Assembly: GCF_006345805.1 (NCBI RefSeq)
Contig: NC_043000.1
Location: 60,450,001 to 60,514,000 of the forward strand
DNA from: Octopus sinensis
Taxonomy: Eukaryota
Length of the DNA stretch: 64,000 nucleotides
Direction of reading: 5' to 3'
A program made the translations under genes and the position numbers. Position 1 is the first letter of the stretch. Each line of letters opens with the position of its first letter. Below the pieces are notes generated by a model, which saw nothing but the letters and a program-made list of their open reading frames with translations, was not told the origin of the DNA and searched no databases. Below are positions 12,801-25,052 of this stretch, one piece after another.

Positions 12801-13286
12801 CATTACTCTGTGATTGGGTGGGAGTGAGGGTGTATTAATTTACATCCATTGAAATGCTCATCAACAAAATCGATCCTCCTTGGATAGTTTTGTTTGAAAA
12901 TAAAGTAAATCTTTCAGCTAATGCACTTTTAAAAGAATGCAGTGTAAATAGAGGATTACATCGATATATGCATTGACACCAGATTACACCAAATGAAAGT
13001 TTTTTGGTAACATTGCATTGATATTGAGACAATTTAATGCAGAAAGCTATAAAATAAAAATGAGCTGTCAAGTATTATATTTCAATTGTTTTGTATTTCA
13101 ACAAAATATGACACCACCATCACAGAATATATTTTAGCATATCCTTACAACCTTTCACAATGACTGTAACCAAAAATATTTAAAATATCAATATATGTAG
13201 ACAGGTAATTTCTAACACTAGCATGAGGTTACAGATTTTGGAAGAAGTGTACTAGGAAAAGCTGATCATAGTTCTTTAGATATAGA

Positions 13287-13620
13287 CTAGCAGTATAGCC
13301 CAGCATTGCTTGGGTTTGTTTTCTTTTCGATCCTTTAGAATTGGAATTTTTGAAAAGCAAAAATTTTGCATTATGTAGTTTGTTATTCTCTTTAAGTGAA
13401 CATTTTTCTGGTTGAAATACACAGAAAAATGGCGACACAGCAGTCAAATAATCGTAAAAATAGGGATTTTCTTAGAAAAAAAAGCACCTTTTTGATGTAA
13501 ATAATTTTTGGTCTTAACATGGTCTGATTTGAATTTTTTCTTCTATGGAATGAAGAGCAAGCCTTCTTCTATCATACTCTCAATTTTGGTCAACTTGCGC
13601 TGCAGGATCTCGGAGAAGAT
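13287..13620 (-). mobile_element. Second copy of the Helitron-like element (3' part)
   Basis: Reverse-complement match to ~4180-4507, with CTAG end at 13287-13290. Confidence 0.7.
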
Positions 13621-15953
13621 GAAATGCAAAGCTAACCTCAGTGTACAACATATTATAAGGAAAACAAATATATTTATTATACTGAACACTTCAGAGAGAA
13701 GGCTCTATAGAGATACTTGACCTGCTAGAAGTAACAGCCAAATCTCCTTCAAATTACACCCTATTATTTAAAACAAAGGGGCAGAATAGAAAGTCAGAAA
13801 TAAAAGTGAAAAGGGTAACTTAGTTAGCATATTAAAGTATAAATGACTTGTATTTTCTGCAGAATGTGATGCCATCACATTTTGAACTTTTCAAACTGAG
13901 CCAACAAGGGAGCCTCTACATAGTCACTTGGTTGGAAAAAAAACTGCAGCCTGGTATTTATTGATCCTGGAAGGATGATAGACAAAGTTGACCTGGGCAA
14001 GATTTGAACTCGGGTCTCAGAGAGTCAGAACAAATATCACAAGGCATTCTGTCCAATGTTCTAATGACTGTTAATTTGCCATAGCTTTGTTGTATTGAAA
14101 GTTTATGTGTTCATGTGTGCATTGCTTGGAAAGCATTTGATTATTTAACTGTCATTTCTATTGTAGTAGTAGGATGTATATAGTATAGAATCTATAGAAA
14201 AAGTTGTTTGATTTCATAGTCTTGGTTGATATGGTTATTCATTGCAAATATGGAGTAATGTGCTGCAGATTTTGTGATGCATAGTTTGAGATGGATGTCC
14301 AGTAAGAGTATATATGCTTCAATATATGTGTGCATAATACAATGCAGCAAGCAGGCAGAATCCTTACCATACCAGACAAAATACTTAGCAGCATTTCGTG
14401 CCTCTTCAAGTTCTGAGTTCAAATTCCACCAAGATTGATTTTGCTTTTTATCCTTTCAGGGTTGATAAGATAAGTACCAGTTGAATACTGGAGTCAATGG
14501 AATCAACTAACCTCCTCTTCTGAAACTGCTGGTTTTGTGCCAAAATTTGAAACCAATATGTGTGCGTAATATTGGTGTCTCATGTGCAATCTTGTTTAAT
14601 TTGGAGATGCATGTTTTCAAGTTTTCAACTTAAGTATTAAGCAAGTGTCTGTTATTGTAGCCATAAGAGTGAAATTTGAAAGACATATTCTTGAATGTTA
14701 GACTTAAAGCTGTTGCTAGGTTTAACATCACTTCTTGACTCTTTGGTTCCTATATCACAGTTCATTCTATTGCAAGCATCAAAGCCAGATCTCCTGTCTA
14801 ACATCCTTCCAGCTACCAGTTGTTGCCAGCATTGAAATGCGTCATGAGGTGCAGCTCTTCCTTTGTTCAGTCTGACTATTTTCACTACCAATATTTCATA
14901 TTGTTTGCTACAGGCACCTGGCTTTTATTGCCCATATTGCATCATACCCTACTTCTCATACAGGCATCATAAATTCTGCTCTTTGTTTGTGGAGAGAAAC
15001 TGTTGGTTTTTCTTACCTGTTTACATTCTGTAAGAATGTTATATACCATATTTTCTGATACACAAGTTCAAGTTTTCAGACCAAAATTAATAACCAAAAC
15101 AAAAAAAAAAACAGTAAATTGACTTAAATACCAAGATGATGTTTTAGGACAAAAAATTTCATGTAAAATGCCGCAGGATTTGGAAAGATAGTGAATGTTT
15201 GAGTGTTTATACTGTGTACTACATGGACTTCAGTAATCTCAGGTGAGTGTATATCAAAGGGTTAAAGAGATATCAGTTGAACCCTTCCCAATGCCAGCTA
15301 CATTACAGCATGTGCTGGGTATTTTTTTTTATACCATCAAAAGTGTTAGTGGTATAAAAAAGGCATCCAATGCACATAAAGTGATTGGCATTAAGGAGGG
15401 CATCCAGCTGCATAAACCATGGTGGGTCCTTGGACCCACCAAACCCATACCAACATGGAACATAGGATGTTATATGATGATGACAATGGTGATGATTGTG
15501 TATGTGAGTATGATTCTGTTTTAATACTATACAAATGACATTGAATAAGACAATATATTTAGCCTCAAATCAGCCTTAATCAAGCTATGGCCAAAAAAAG
15601 CTTCCATACTATCTAGGAATATATTACCCCAAGTCTCCTTCCTTCCTATTTTTTAAGATAGTAGTTTGTAGATTGGAGATTTGGTTGCTATTTCTAGCAG
15701 GTTTCCTCTTTGAGTCATACATTTGACAAGCATTTTAATAATAGGTGCAATAGCTGTGAAATTAAAGTTAAAAGAACTTATGTCTTTCACTATCGTGATT
15801 GTGTTTATGCTATAAAGCAAGATCCATCATTATGCAAGTATAAGTCTTCTCGATTGACAATATATTTTTCTTTTACTTTGCAGCTCCATGATATGTGATA
15901 GCAACAGTTATGCAACCAGTGCATTTTGTATTTGTTCCTTAGCCAGTTATAAC

Positions 15954-16060
<107 letters not shown>

Positions 16061-17654
16061 CTGAGATTAATTAGAAACAAATATTTTATGATCAGCAGTC
16101 TGCATTTTGTATTAGTTCTTTTGAAATCAACTCACTTGAGACTGCTTTGGTACCATGAAATGAAACATCATTTTTAAAGTTCATATTTTAAATTATGACC
16201 ATCAATTATAATTTTATGCATGAACATTTTGTCCAAAGTTATGTCAGAATTGCATTGCATCTGATTGATCTTCTGATAAAACCAAAGAAATCATGTTCCC
16301 ATTAATTTTCTCATCACTGATATTATCTGTTGATTGCAACACCTGAATGAAATGTCACCATTAAAAAATTTTTTAAAACTTTTCTTACGAGAGGTGGGAT
16401 ATGAACATGGAATAGATTACTGCAAGGCGTCCCTATCTGTCACTGTAACAATTTTGACTCTTACATTAAAAATATTGGCCCCAATTTCATAACAGTCTCG
16501 AAACATGAGCACATTCTGTACTCTGCAATGGTGCTTTAAGTATGACTGGCTACAACTTGTTTCACAAAAATTGCTGTAACTCCTTTAGGGATAGCATGAT
16601 GGTCAACATTTGCTCAAGCTTTTAAGTAACTCTTTGCAACAATTTGAACCAGTTGAAGCAAAAGCTATTTTTCTGTGATATTGACCTTAATATAACTTGA
16701 ACTGCAAACATAAAAAGCTACAGTTAACATAGTTCTATCAATCCATCGGCCTTATGTAAATGACAGTAAAATACTGTTGGCACCATTGAGCTGTTTAGCA
16801 CTAGGTCATCACTGATCAAGCAGACCTGTGGTCAAAGGCATTCCATTTACATTACATAATTTATCTCTGACTATATAACATAATATGCCCTTCCCTATAT
16901 TTTAAAGATGGTAGTGTGATTTGAAAGTGACTATGTAGAGGTTGTCTGATTGATTTGTCAGGATATTGAGTTTTATAGTTGGACACGAAGTCTGTTTCTA
17001 ACTAATCAGTTGTGAAAATGAAAGTTGTTATTTGAGACAAACAAAGTAACGTGCTTTGCCTAGTAATATAATGACTTAAGAAATTTTGAATTTGTGACTG
17101 TTGACAGTAACTGAAATCAGCCCTCACATGTCCTAAGTTTGAATTTTACCAGAATAAATTTTCTTTCAACATTCCAATGTACCACTAATATACTAAGTTT
17201 TATTGAGAGATTGAACCCAAGTTTCTCAAAAAAAACTCTTGAAAATAGACCAAAAGGAAAAAAATGTGTTAAAATTAAATGGTGTGAATTCAGAAGACTA
17301 AAGATTAAGGGAGATAACTTAGCTAACTCTAAAACCGAAAACTTATGAATTTTTTTTTAACAAATTAAAAAATGGAAAAATTTCAATATACAACATACTC
17401 TATATTTTTACCATATTACTTTAACTTTCACAATAGGTATTTCAAAAGTATATAAAAAGCGTAAAAGAAAAATGATCAAAAGTTTGATGTATGGTTTGGT
17501 GAATTATAGTTTCATGTTTTAACCTAATCAGAAGCTACTAAGTAATACAGTACAATGGGCCAAGAAGACCTATCCCACAATTCACCACCACTTGAAAAAA
17601 ATCTCCCCATTTAAGAACTTTTAACTGCAGATTAAGCAACTAATTATAAGCTTT

Positions 17655-17835
17655 TATATGCAAAAGGTTTATGGTTGAGCTTGTGGCAGTGGAGAGCTCT
17701 GGCATTCTTGGTCCCTGCCATCGGGGTGGAGGTGGCTGTCTGCAAATATAAGCTCAACAAATCAGAGTGGCTGTTCCAGCTCATCTCCCTAGCCATCCTG
17801 CAGGGCAATGCCTTTTCCATTTTGTCTGCTAGGAC
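17655..17835 (+). mobile_element. Possible CRE-like (RLE-type) non-LTR retrotransposon 3' fragment
   Basis: VAVESSGILGP, then with a frameshift EWLFQLISLAILQGNAFSIL, resembling the AVExxGxxG...WLFQRxSxAxxRGNA C-terminus recalled for CRE-like elements. Confidence 0.55.
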
Positions 17836-18359
17836 CATGAGAGACAGTCTGACTTACAGGAAATTGTATGTTCCACCCCTTAATGTAAAAACTATTTTCA
17901 GGACTTTTTAACTCTTATGTTTAAGGACTATCATGTAATATGTGTATAGAATGAAAGTTATTTCTTAGCTGTAGTTTATATAGACATTCATCACTTTTAT
18001 GATGTACTAATACATTGCCAGCAGAATATATAATACAAGTCATCAACTTGATAATCTATAGATTTACTTGTATTTCAAATGTACTTATCATGAAAGTGGA
18101 ATTTGGAATTTGTGAAGAGCAAATACAATGCCTATGAACCCATTATGGAACGGTGGCAGGGAGATAGTTGAATGAAATTAGAACAATTAACTTTTTACCT
18201 GTTTAGTGCCTAGAAATCTATATCAATTTGAATTGTACGATAATGGTATTAGGTGAGAAGACATTGCTAGGGAAGAGAAGTTCACTGAAATTAAAGACTA
18301 GATGCGTTTAGTACAAGATATATGAAGTGAAACACAGTATAGATATTAGTATAAGTGGA

Positions 18360-18580
18360 AGTAAAGGTGGCAAGTGGGCAGAGTCATTGACATGTCAGGA
18401 AAAATGCTTAGCGGTATTTTGTCCGTCTTTATGTTCTGAGTTCAGATTCTGCCAAAGTTGGCTTTGCTTTTCGTCTTTTTGAGGTTGATAATATAAGTAC
18501 CAGTTGAATATCACAGTCAATTTAATTGACTTAGACCTTCCTTCTAAATTGCTGGCCTTGTGTTAAAATTTGAAATCAAT
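18360..18580 (+). mobile_element. Second tRNA-derived SINE family (Meta-domain-like GCCTTTCATCC...GATAAAATAAGTACCAG); representative copy
   Basis: Further copies at ~3760-3960, 8590-8760, 10640-10850, 13950-14080, 14340-14560, 18820-19030, 43200-43350, 56800-57005, 58920-59135, 59800-60060 and 61610-61750. Confidence 0.7.
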
Positions 18581-21034
18581 ACAAGTGGAAGAAAGTAAAC
18601 ATTCCATAAGAAATCTGGAGTGAAGTACACATAACTGGTATTTAAGCAGATTTGCCTATCAGTGAGATGTTTTTCTTTTTACACCAAGATGTAACTTCAT
18701 GAAAATTAATGAATTCTTTAAGATGACAAACTCTGATGTATCTAATATGCAATGTTTAGATGAGGCATCAGAATAATTGAAGAAAAATCAGTTACCATTA
18801 TAACTGAATAAGGCACCAAGCTAGCAGAATTATTAGAATGCCAGACAAAATGCTTAGTGGCATATCTTCTTTTTGACATTGTGTTCAAACACTGCCAAGG
18901 TTGTCTTTTGTCTTCCATCCTTTTGGGATCAATAAAGTAAGTACCAGTCCAGCACTAAGGTCAATGAACTTGACTAATCCCCACACTTCATCCAACAAAA
19001 TATTTCAGGCTTTGTGCATATAGCAGAAAGAATTATTATAGGTGAATTAAAAGGGGAACAGATAGTCAAAAAATAAAGTTTATTTCTAATAAGCTGCCGG
19101 ACGAGATAGTGAAGATGCCGACGACCGCTCGGTTCAAAGTCTCTCTTGAACACCCTCCCTGTACATAACTCCATCTCCCCCTACATGGCCTTGCTTTTTG
19201 CTTTTAGAGCCAAAAAATTAACTTAACTTATTTAATTATCTAACTGATATTTTATTTTAAAAGTAAATCCCAACCAATTAAATTTTTGAGATTTTCAATT
19301 AAAAAACATCAATTAGTAATTTTACTGAATTTTGCTTGGTTATTAGGCAGAAAAACAATAAGCTTCTTATACACTACAACTTGTAAGAAAAGGTTAAAAA
19401 GCACAAGAAAAAGTATTAATTCTTTTATTTTTGCTTTTCTTTCAAATAAGGGTTTGCTGAGACAAAAGTAGGTCTTTTGTTGATCCTCTTGTTTCAATAT
19501 CAACAATTTTTAAAGGTAATTTCATTTAGTGGAAAGCAATATACAGTTAGCATTTAAAATATGGAAGGTCAGACATGGAAGCACAAATAATAAAAATAGC
19601 AATAACAGTCTATCTCTACCAGGTTTTGTAAGCAGTCTAATTCACTTAAACATTCATGATTTTATAAAAATAAGATCATATATCCATGAAACGAAAGAGG
19701 AAAGAAATTATGGAAGAATTAATGAAGAAAAATTACAGCATATTTTCATTTTTATTACAAAGTTATACATTTTCTATGATGATGCATAACCCTTATGAAA
19801 TATTAAAATCCCATAAGAATTAAATGTATAAAGTTTAGAAGTGGATGGCAGTTAAATCTGGATAAATGTTCTGAATGACAAAAGACATTAAAAGCAACTT
19901 TGAACAAGATATAAGACATCATTATCTATCTAAAAACAAAATAAGAATAAAAAGAGAAAATAAAATAAACATTACAAAAATAAATAAAAGGAAACTAAAA
20001 AAAAATTATTTTGTTAAAAATAATGGAGATTTCATTAAACTGACCCAAAACAACACTGTCGTTCAAGCATGTAACCGAATGGTTGTTGTATTAAACAGTA
20101 AAATGGATAACATATTAAAATGGTAAAATTGCATTGATGTGATGACTGATGCAAAAGATGAAAAATATAAATCAAAGCAATTGATGAATACAAATGATTG
20201 AAAAATCTTGAGGATGACTGAAATTACGAGAATAGTTAAGGATGTAATAATTTTATCACTAGTTTAATATATATGGGCTGTTGTTTAATCACAGGATGTT
20301 CTTGATTGAGCAGACCTAAGATCAAAGGCATTACAGCTATGACCATCCAAGTCTTTTACTCAGTGTGTCAAGAACCAGATTATCCAACGAGTCACTCTTT
20401 TTATCAAGATGTTAAGTGTGATTTCAGGGAAATTTGGTTGCTATTTCTAGTGAGTCAAAGTGATAATTAAGAAGTATTAGATATTTAAGCAATGCAATGA
20501 AGCAAAGAAATTCACTCTGCAACCATGTGGTTTTGAGTTCAGCTTCACTGCACAGCACCTTGGGCAGAGGTCTTCTACAATAGCTCCAGATTATTTAATG
20601 CCTTGTGAGTGGATATGGTGTGGAAACTGTGTGGAAGCCCATCATGAATATGTGTGTGTCTCACCAACTCACAAATGGTGTGAGTTTGTTTGTGTCTATA
20701 ACTTAGTGTTTTGGCAAATCAAGACTAATAGAATAAGTACTAGACTTAAAAAACAAAAGTACTGGAGTCAATTTGATTGACTAATTCTTTCAAATTGGTA
20801 CCCTAGTATACCTACAATCTGATATAAAAGGAAAGACATATATATATGTCATTATTTCACTTGTGATTAACGATACTGATACATATGCTTCAGAACAAAG
20901 CATCAGTTGAGTACAGAATACAATATTTCATGGTCATATTCCAAATCAAATGTACTGAGCTACCATTACTTCTGAAAATATGTCAAGATTTGGTGGGTGG
21001 GATGGATTTAATAAAATAACTTTGTCATTATTAA

Positions 21035-21245
21035 CTCTTTAGCTTTCAGATTACTCTATCAAATGTAATACTTATTTACTCATATTGTTTGAAATTAATC
21101 ATGCTATATCCCACAGCTCTGAGATTCCGACGGTTTGGTTGTATATTTTTAGAATGACATTGTAGTGTAGGTGTGAGAGGTCAGATCTGGCATAAAACAA
21201 GTAGAATATTTAGGCTGGGTATGGCCAGTTTAAATGCTAAAGAGT
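21035..21245 (+). mobile_element. TTAA-flanked MITE, same family as 4626-4833
   Basis: Shared body and TTAA flanks. Confidence 0.7.
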
Positions 21246-21886
21246 TTAACTGGTGTTTAGAACAAAACAAATAATGAGTTTACATAAAATTATGATGGAA
21301 AGTTTTAATCTAAATACTGTATAAACATTTTTTTAAAATGATGTTTTTGTATCATAGAAACAGGAGTGGTCTTAGATAGGTTGGTATAAAAAGGGTTAGG
21401 TACTTATATGATTGTATGTTTGGAAATATATTTATTACTTATGAAATCTATTTTATACCAAGTAAGTCACTAAAAATGTGATGTTACAAGAAAAAAGTTG
21501 GGAACCTCCACAGTGAAACATTAGGGTTTCAAAGTAGCCACTCAAATTACTGTTTCAATTCAAGGAAATTATAGAAATAGCTTAGATATTAGTTTAAGTT
21601 CATATGACAGTTTTTTAAAAAAATTGTTTAAGAAGGGAGACTGTATGTCAACAAGCATCAATTCAAAAAGGTCATTAAAGAAAGATTATGAACATGATTG
21701 TAATGAGTAAAAATTATGAACAAAAAGCAGGAACCTCATTGTCTGTTATATGGGGATAGAAATTCAGACAATGATTTCTGATTTGAAAAATTGCAATACA
21801 CACACATACACATATATTTATGTGTGTGCGTATACATACTATACACATACATATAAACACACACCTACATTTATATATACAAATAC

Positions 21887-21924
<38 letters not shown>

Positions 21925-21985
21925 TATATATATATATATATGAGAGAAAGAAAGAGAGAGAGAAAGAGAAACACACACATATATA

Positions 21986-23254
21986 CAAAGTGTCATGAAA
22001 TTAAAGCAAGTTAAGTTTCGGGGTTTAATAACTATAAATGAATATAAGATATGAAAATTATACATCATTATAAAAAACTTAGTGTATCTTGTTTTTGTTT
22101 CATACTAAAAAAATTCAGATTTATAAATTAGATAATGGTTATAGACCAAAATACTATCATAACCCTCCACAAAGGAGGTGAAAGTAATACAGCAAAAAAA
22201 CTTCAAATTAACTAAACAACAGTCTGGAAAATTGTCAAGAAATTTCAAGCAACTGATTCCTCCACTGATCAACCTGGACATGGCCGAAAAAGAAATGTGC
22301 AGACCCCTCAGCTTATCAAAAGTATCATAGAAAAGATATGGCGAAATCATTGTTGTTCTGTCAGAAAACTAGTTGCCACAGCAAAAGTAAGCTAAACATT
22401 GATGTATCAAGTGCTGAAAGAGAGACTTAGGTTCCATCCCTACAAGATGATCAGCTGTCATGAGCTCATGCAAGTTTATAAGGCCATGAGACTGGAGAGA
22501 AGTCATCTTATCCTGTGTCAGATTGCTGAAAATATGTTGCCCAACCTAGTGCTCACCGATGAGAAGAAATTTGACAACGAATAGACAGTAAACCACCGGA
22601 ATGACCGATTTTGGAGTGTATCTGGCCCCGTCAAGAGTAGATTCATAAATGGACATCAAAATCCAGTCAGTTATGGTTTGGGCAGCTGTGACAGCCACTG
22701 GAAGGTCTCACCTCATTTTTGTGTTCTCAGGTGTTAAAATTAACACCCAACAATACATCAGCAACATTCTGGAAGCTGAACTGCTTCCATGGGTGAATGA
22801 ATGCTTTCAAGGTGCACCTTTGAGCCTCCAACAGGACTCAGCACCATCCCACAGCACCAAACACTCACAACACTAGATTCAGAAAAACATTCTGCTGTTC
22901 ATAGGCAAGGATGTATGGTCCTCAAGAAGCCCCAATGTAAATCCATTGGACTTTTTTGTTTGGTCCATTTTGGAGATGAGGGTGGGTCAAGAGCACTGAT
23001 GTTGCTTTGCTAGATGCTCTGAAAGCAAAACTGTACCAAGAATGGGTTTCGATTCTCTAAGAACAGCTGTGTACAGCATGTGAAGCATTTGCACTTAGAC
23101 TTAAGGTTGTGATTCGAAACAGAGGTGGTCATATTGAATAAATGTGGTAGTGTCATAATTGTGTTTCCTTTACCATTGCATTGCATTGCAAAATATAACA
23201 TTTTGTTTTGGCAAAATAGAAAAAATTTGCTTGCCTTAATTTTAGGACACCCTG
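21986..23254 (+). mobile_element. Full-length (1269 bp) decayed Tc1/mariner-superfamily DD37D (maT) transposon
   Basis: TA at 21984-85 and 23255-56; 25-bp TIRs match 20/25. Transposase pieces LTDEKKF, VMVWAAV, GVKIN, QQDSAPSH ... SPNVNPLD, with 37 codons between the second and third D (including one TAG). Confidence 0.9.
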
Positions 23255-23560
23255 TATATATGAAAATACATAATATGCATACATAAACATGTATATGTGT
23301 GTTTGTGTATGTATACTTACACATGTACATACATGTAAACAAAATAAACAGAAAAATACTAATGAAGGAAAATGCAAATAATTGCAGATTTAAAATGACT
23401 GCATATTAGTGAAAAAATTCTTTGAAATGACCATACCTACCTGCCAAGGAAAAACATTCAGAGTTTATCAGCTTTAAACTTGTATTGCAAAAACACACAC
23501 TCACATGAGAAAATGCACACATAATTCTCTACTGAAATGGATTATGGATCATATATATAT

Positions 23561-23594
<34 letters not shown>

Positions 23595-23604
<10 letters not shown>

Positions 23605-23996
23605 ATTTAGGAATGGTCATTTTGCCAGTTTAGCCAATAAAAACACACGCACTGTATATTTGGTGTTACTTTGCTTCAGTGTTATTTATTTTTTACATTA
23701 ATCTTAATCTTATTTCGGCCAGAGTTCTTTCGTCACACTCCTGTGACAGCATCAGTGGTCCTTTGTTTTCTTCTTACTTATTTGTGACGGTTAGTAAAGA
23801 GAGACACAAATAAGTAAGAAGAAAACAAAGGACCACTGATGCGGTCACAGGAGTGTGACGAAAGAACTCTGGCCGAAATAAGATTAAGATTAATGTAAAA
23901 AATAAATAACACTGAAGCAAAGTAACACCAAATATATAGTGCGTGTGTTTTTATTGGCTAAACTGGCAAAATGACCATTCCTAAATACAACAATAT
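23595..23996. repeat. 192-bp-arm near-perfect palindrome (18-nt loop), Penelope-like end structure
   Basis: 23595-23786 and 23805-23996 are reverse complements with two mismatches seen. Confidence 0.9.
23830..23874 (+). ncRNA. Variant hammerhead-like motif (mirror copy at 23717-23761, minus)
   Basis: GGACCA-CUGAUGC-G-GUCACA-GGAG-UGUGAC-GAAA-GAAC-UC-UGGCC; position 9 is C with a 1-nt insertion; 6-bp stem II. Confidence 0.55.
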
Positions 23997-24049
23997 CTGT
24001 TTCAACACACGACTTTACATAAAAAATCTTGCACAACAAATATTTAAAC

Positions 24050-24087
<38 letters not shown>

Positions 24088-24128
24088 AGAAAGAGGGGGA
24101 GATATACATATATGGATAGCTATATATA

Positions 24129-24177
<49 letters not shown>

Positions 24178-24399
24178 TATATCTTATAGGTGGGAGAAAA
24201 TACGGTTAGTAGGGAAGGAAAGGGATGAATCAAACATTATTCAGGTTTTATACAAGTGGTCAATGACTAAAAAATATGTTAAAAAAAAGTTAATATAATG
24301 AAAAGGTATAGACAACATGTGTGAATGAATCCTTTCACAAGATTGATGATTGGTTTAGTAAAAACTATGAAACTCTAATGATGTATCGCAAAAATATTG

Positions 24400-24530
24400 C
24401 TGAATGAGGTCTGTCTGTATAGATTATATATTTAGATATGCATATCTGTGTGTGTGTGTGTGTGTGTATATATATACCCACTCATGCATGTGTACATGCA
24501 TGTACACATGCAGATATACATGCATGCATT

Positions 24531-24586
<56 letters not shown>

Positions 24587-24830
24587 CACACAAAAGTACA
24601 TACATATATATATATACATATGTATACATAAACACACAAATATATAATACACATGTACATAGATGTTTGTGTATGTATATATACATACTCACACATGCAT
24701 GTTATGTGCACACACATACACTCTCTTTCACTCATGTATTCATACATATGTATACTCACAGAGAGTGTATATGAATTCATATTTTTGTTTGTAAAAATGT
24801 AAGCGTAAGTGCATACACACTCGTACACAT
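24400..24830. repeat. Compound (TG)/(TA)/(CA) microsatellite just downstream of the receptor stop codon
   Basis: Directly visible. Similar tracts at 1-62, 296-350, 3470-3690, 10280-10370, 11455-11505, 21790-21985, 24050-24180 and 60790-60990. Confidence 0.95.
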
Positions 24831-24926
24831 GTCAGTAATGATAGTGTGTGCAGAATCTGCCTCTCTATAGTACACAGCTGTTAAGTCTCTGACAAGTGTT
24901 ATACTGGAAAGTCTTATTTATTGTAA

Positions 24927-25052
24927 TTAATTGTCATCTTCAGGTCTATCCATATAACGCTGTAAATTCTTCTTAACACGCAGCATTGACAGTCTGGCTT
25001 TGGGTTCATGGCGCCAGCACTCTTTCATTAATTTGCCCATCTGGTTGAGAAT
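24927..25052 (-). CDS. ACVR1: Receptor last coding exon: ILNQMGKLMKECWRHEPKARLSMLRVKKNLQRYMDRPEDDN*
   Basis: ttgcag acceptor. KLMKECW and ARLxxLRVKK (NANDOR-like) motifs; TAA at 24929-24927. Confidence 0.95.
   Translation of the reverse strand: MLNQMGKLMKECWRHEPKARLSMLRVKKNLQRYMDRPEDDN

Noticed and set aside
12451-12838. Many 60-140 aa ORFs rich in Y/I/C/V/H/T (also 3468-3743, 21714-22068, 24404-24828, 60554-61034)
   Set aside because: They are translations of (TA)/(CA)/(TG) microsatellites.
16200-16680. Decayed coding-like sequence on the minus strand (VTFHSGVA..., VQIVAKSYLK...)
   Set aside because: It may be an old transposase fossil, but no diagnostic motif could be recognised.
24917-24922. 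AATAAA (minus strand) 5 nt after the receptor stop codon
   Set aside because: The hexamer is common in AT-rich DNA and implausibly close; it cannot be called a poly(A) signal without 3'-end data.
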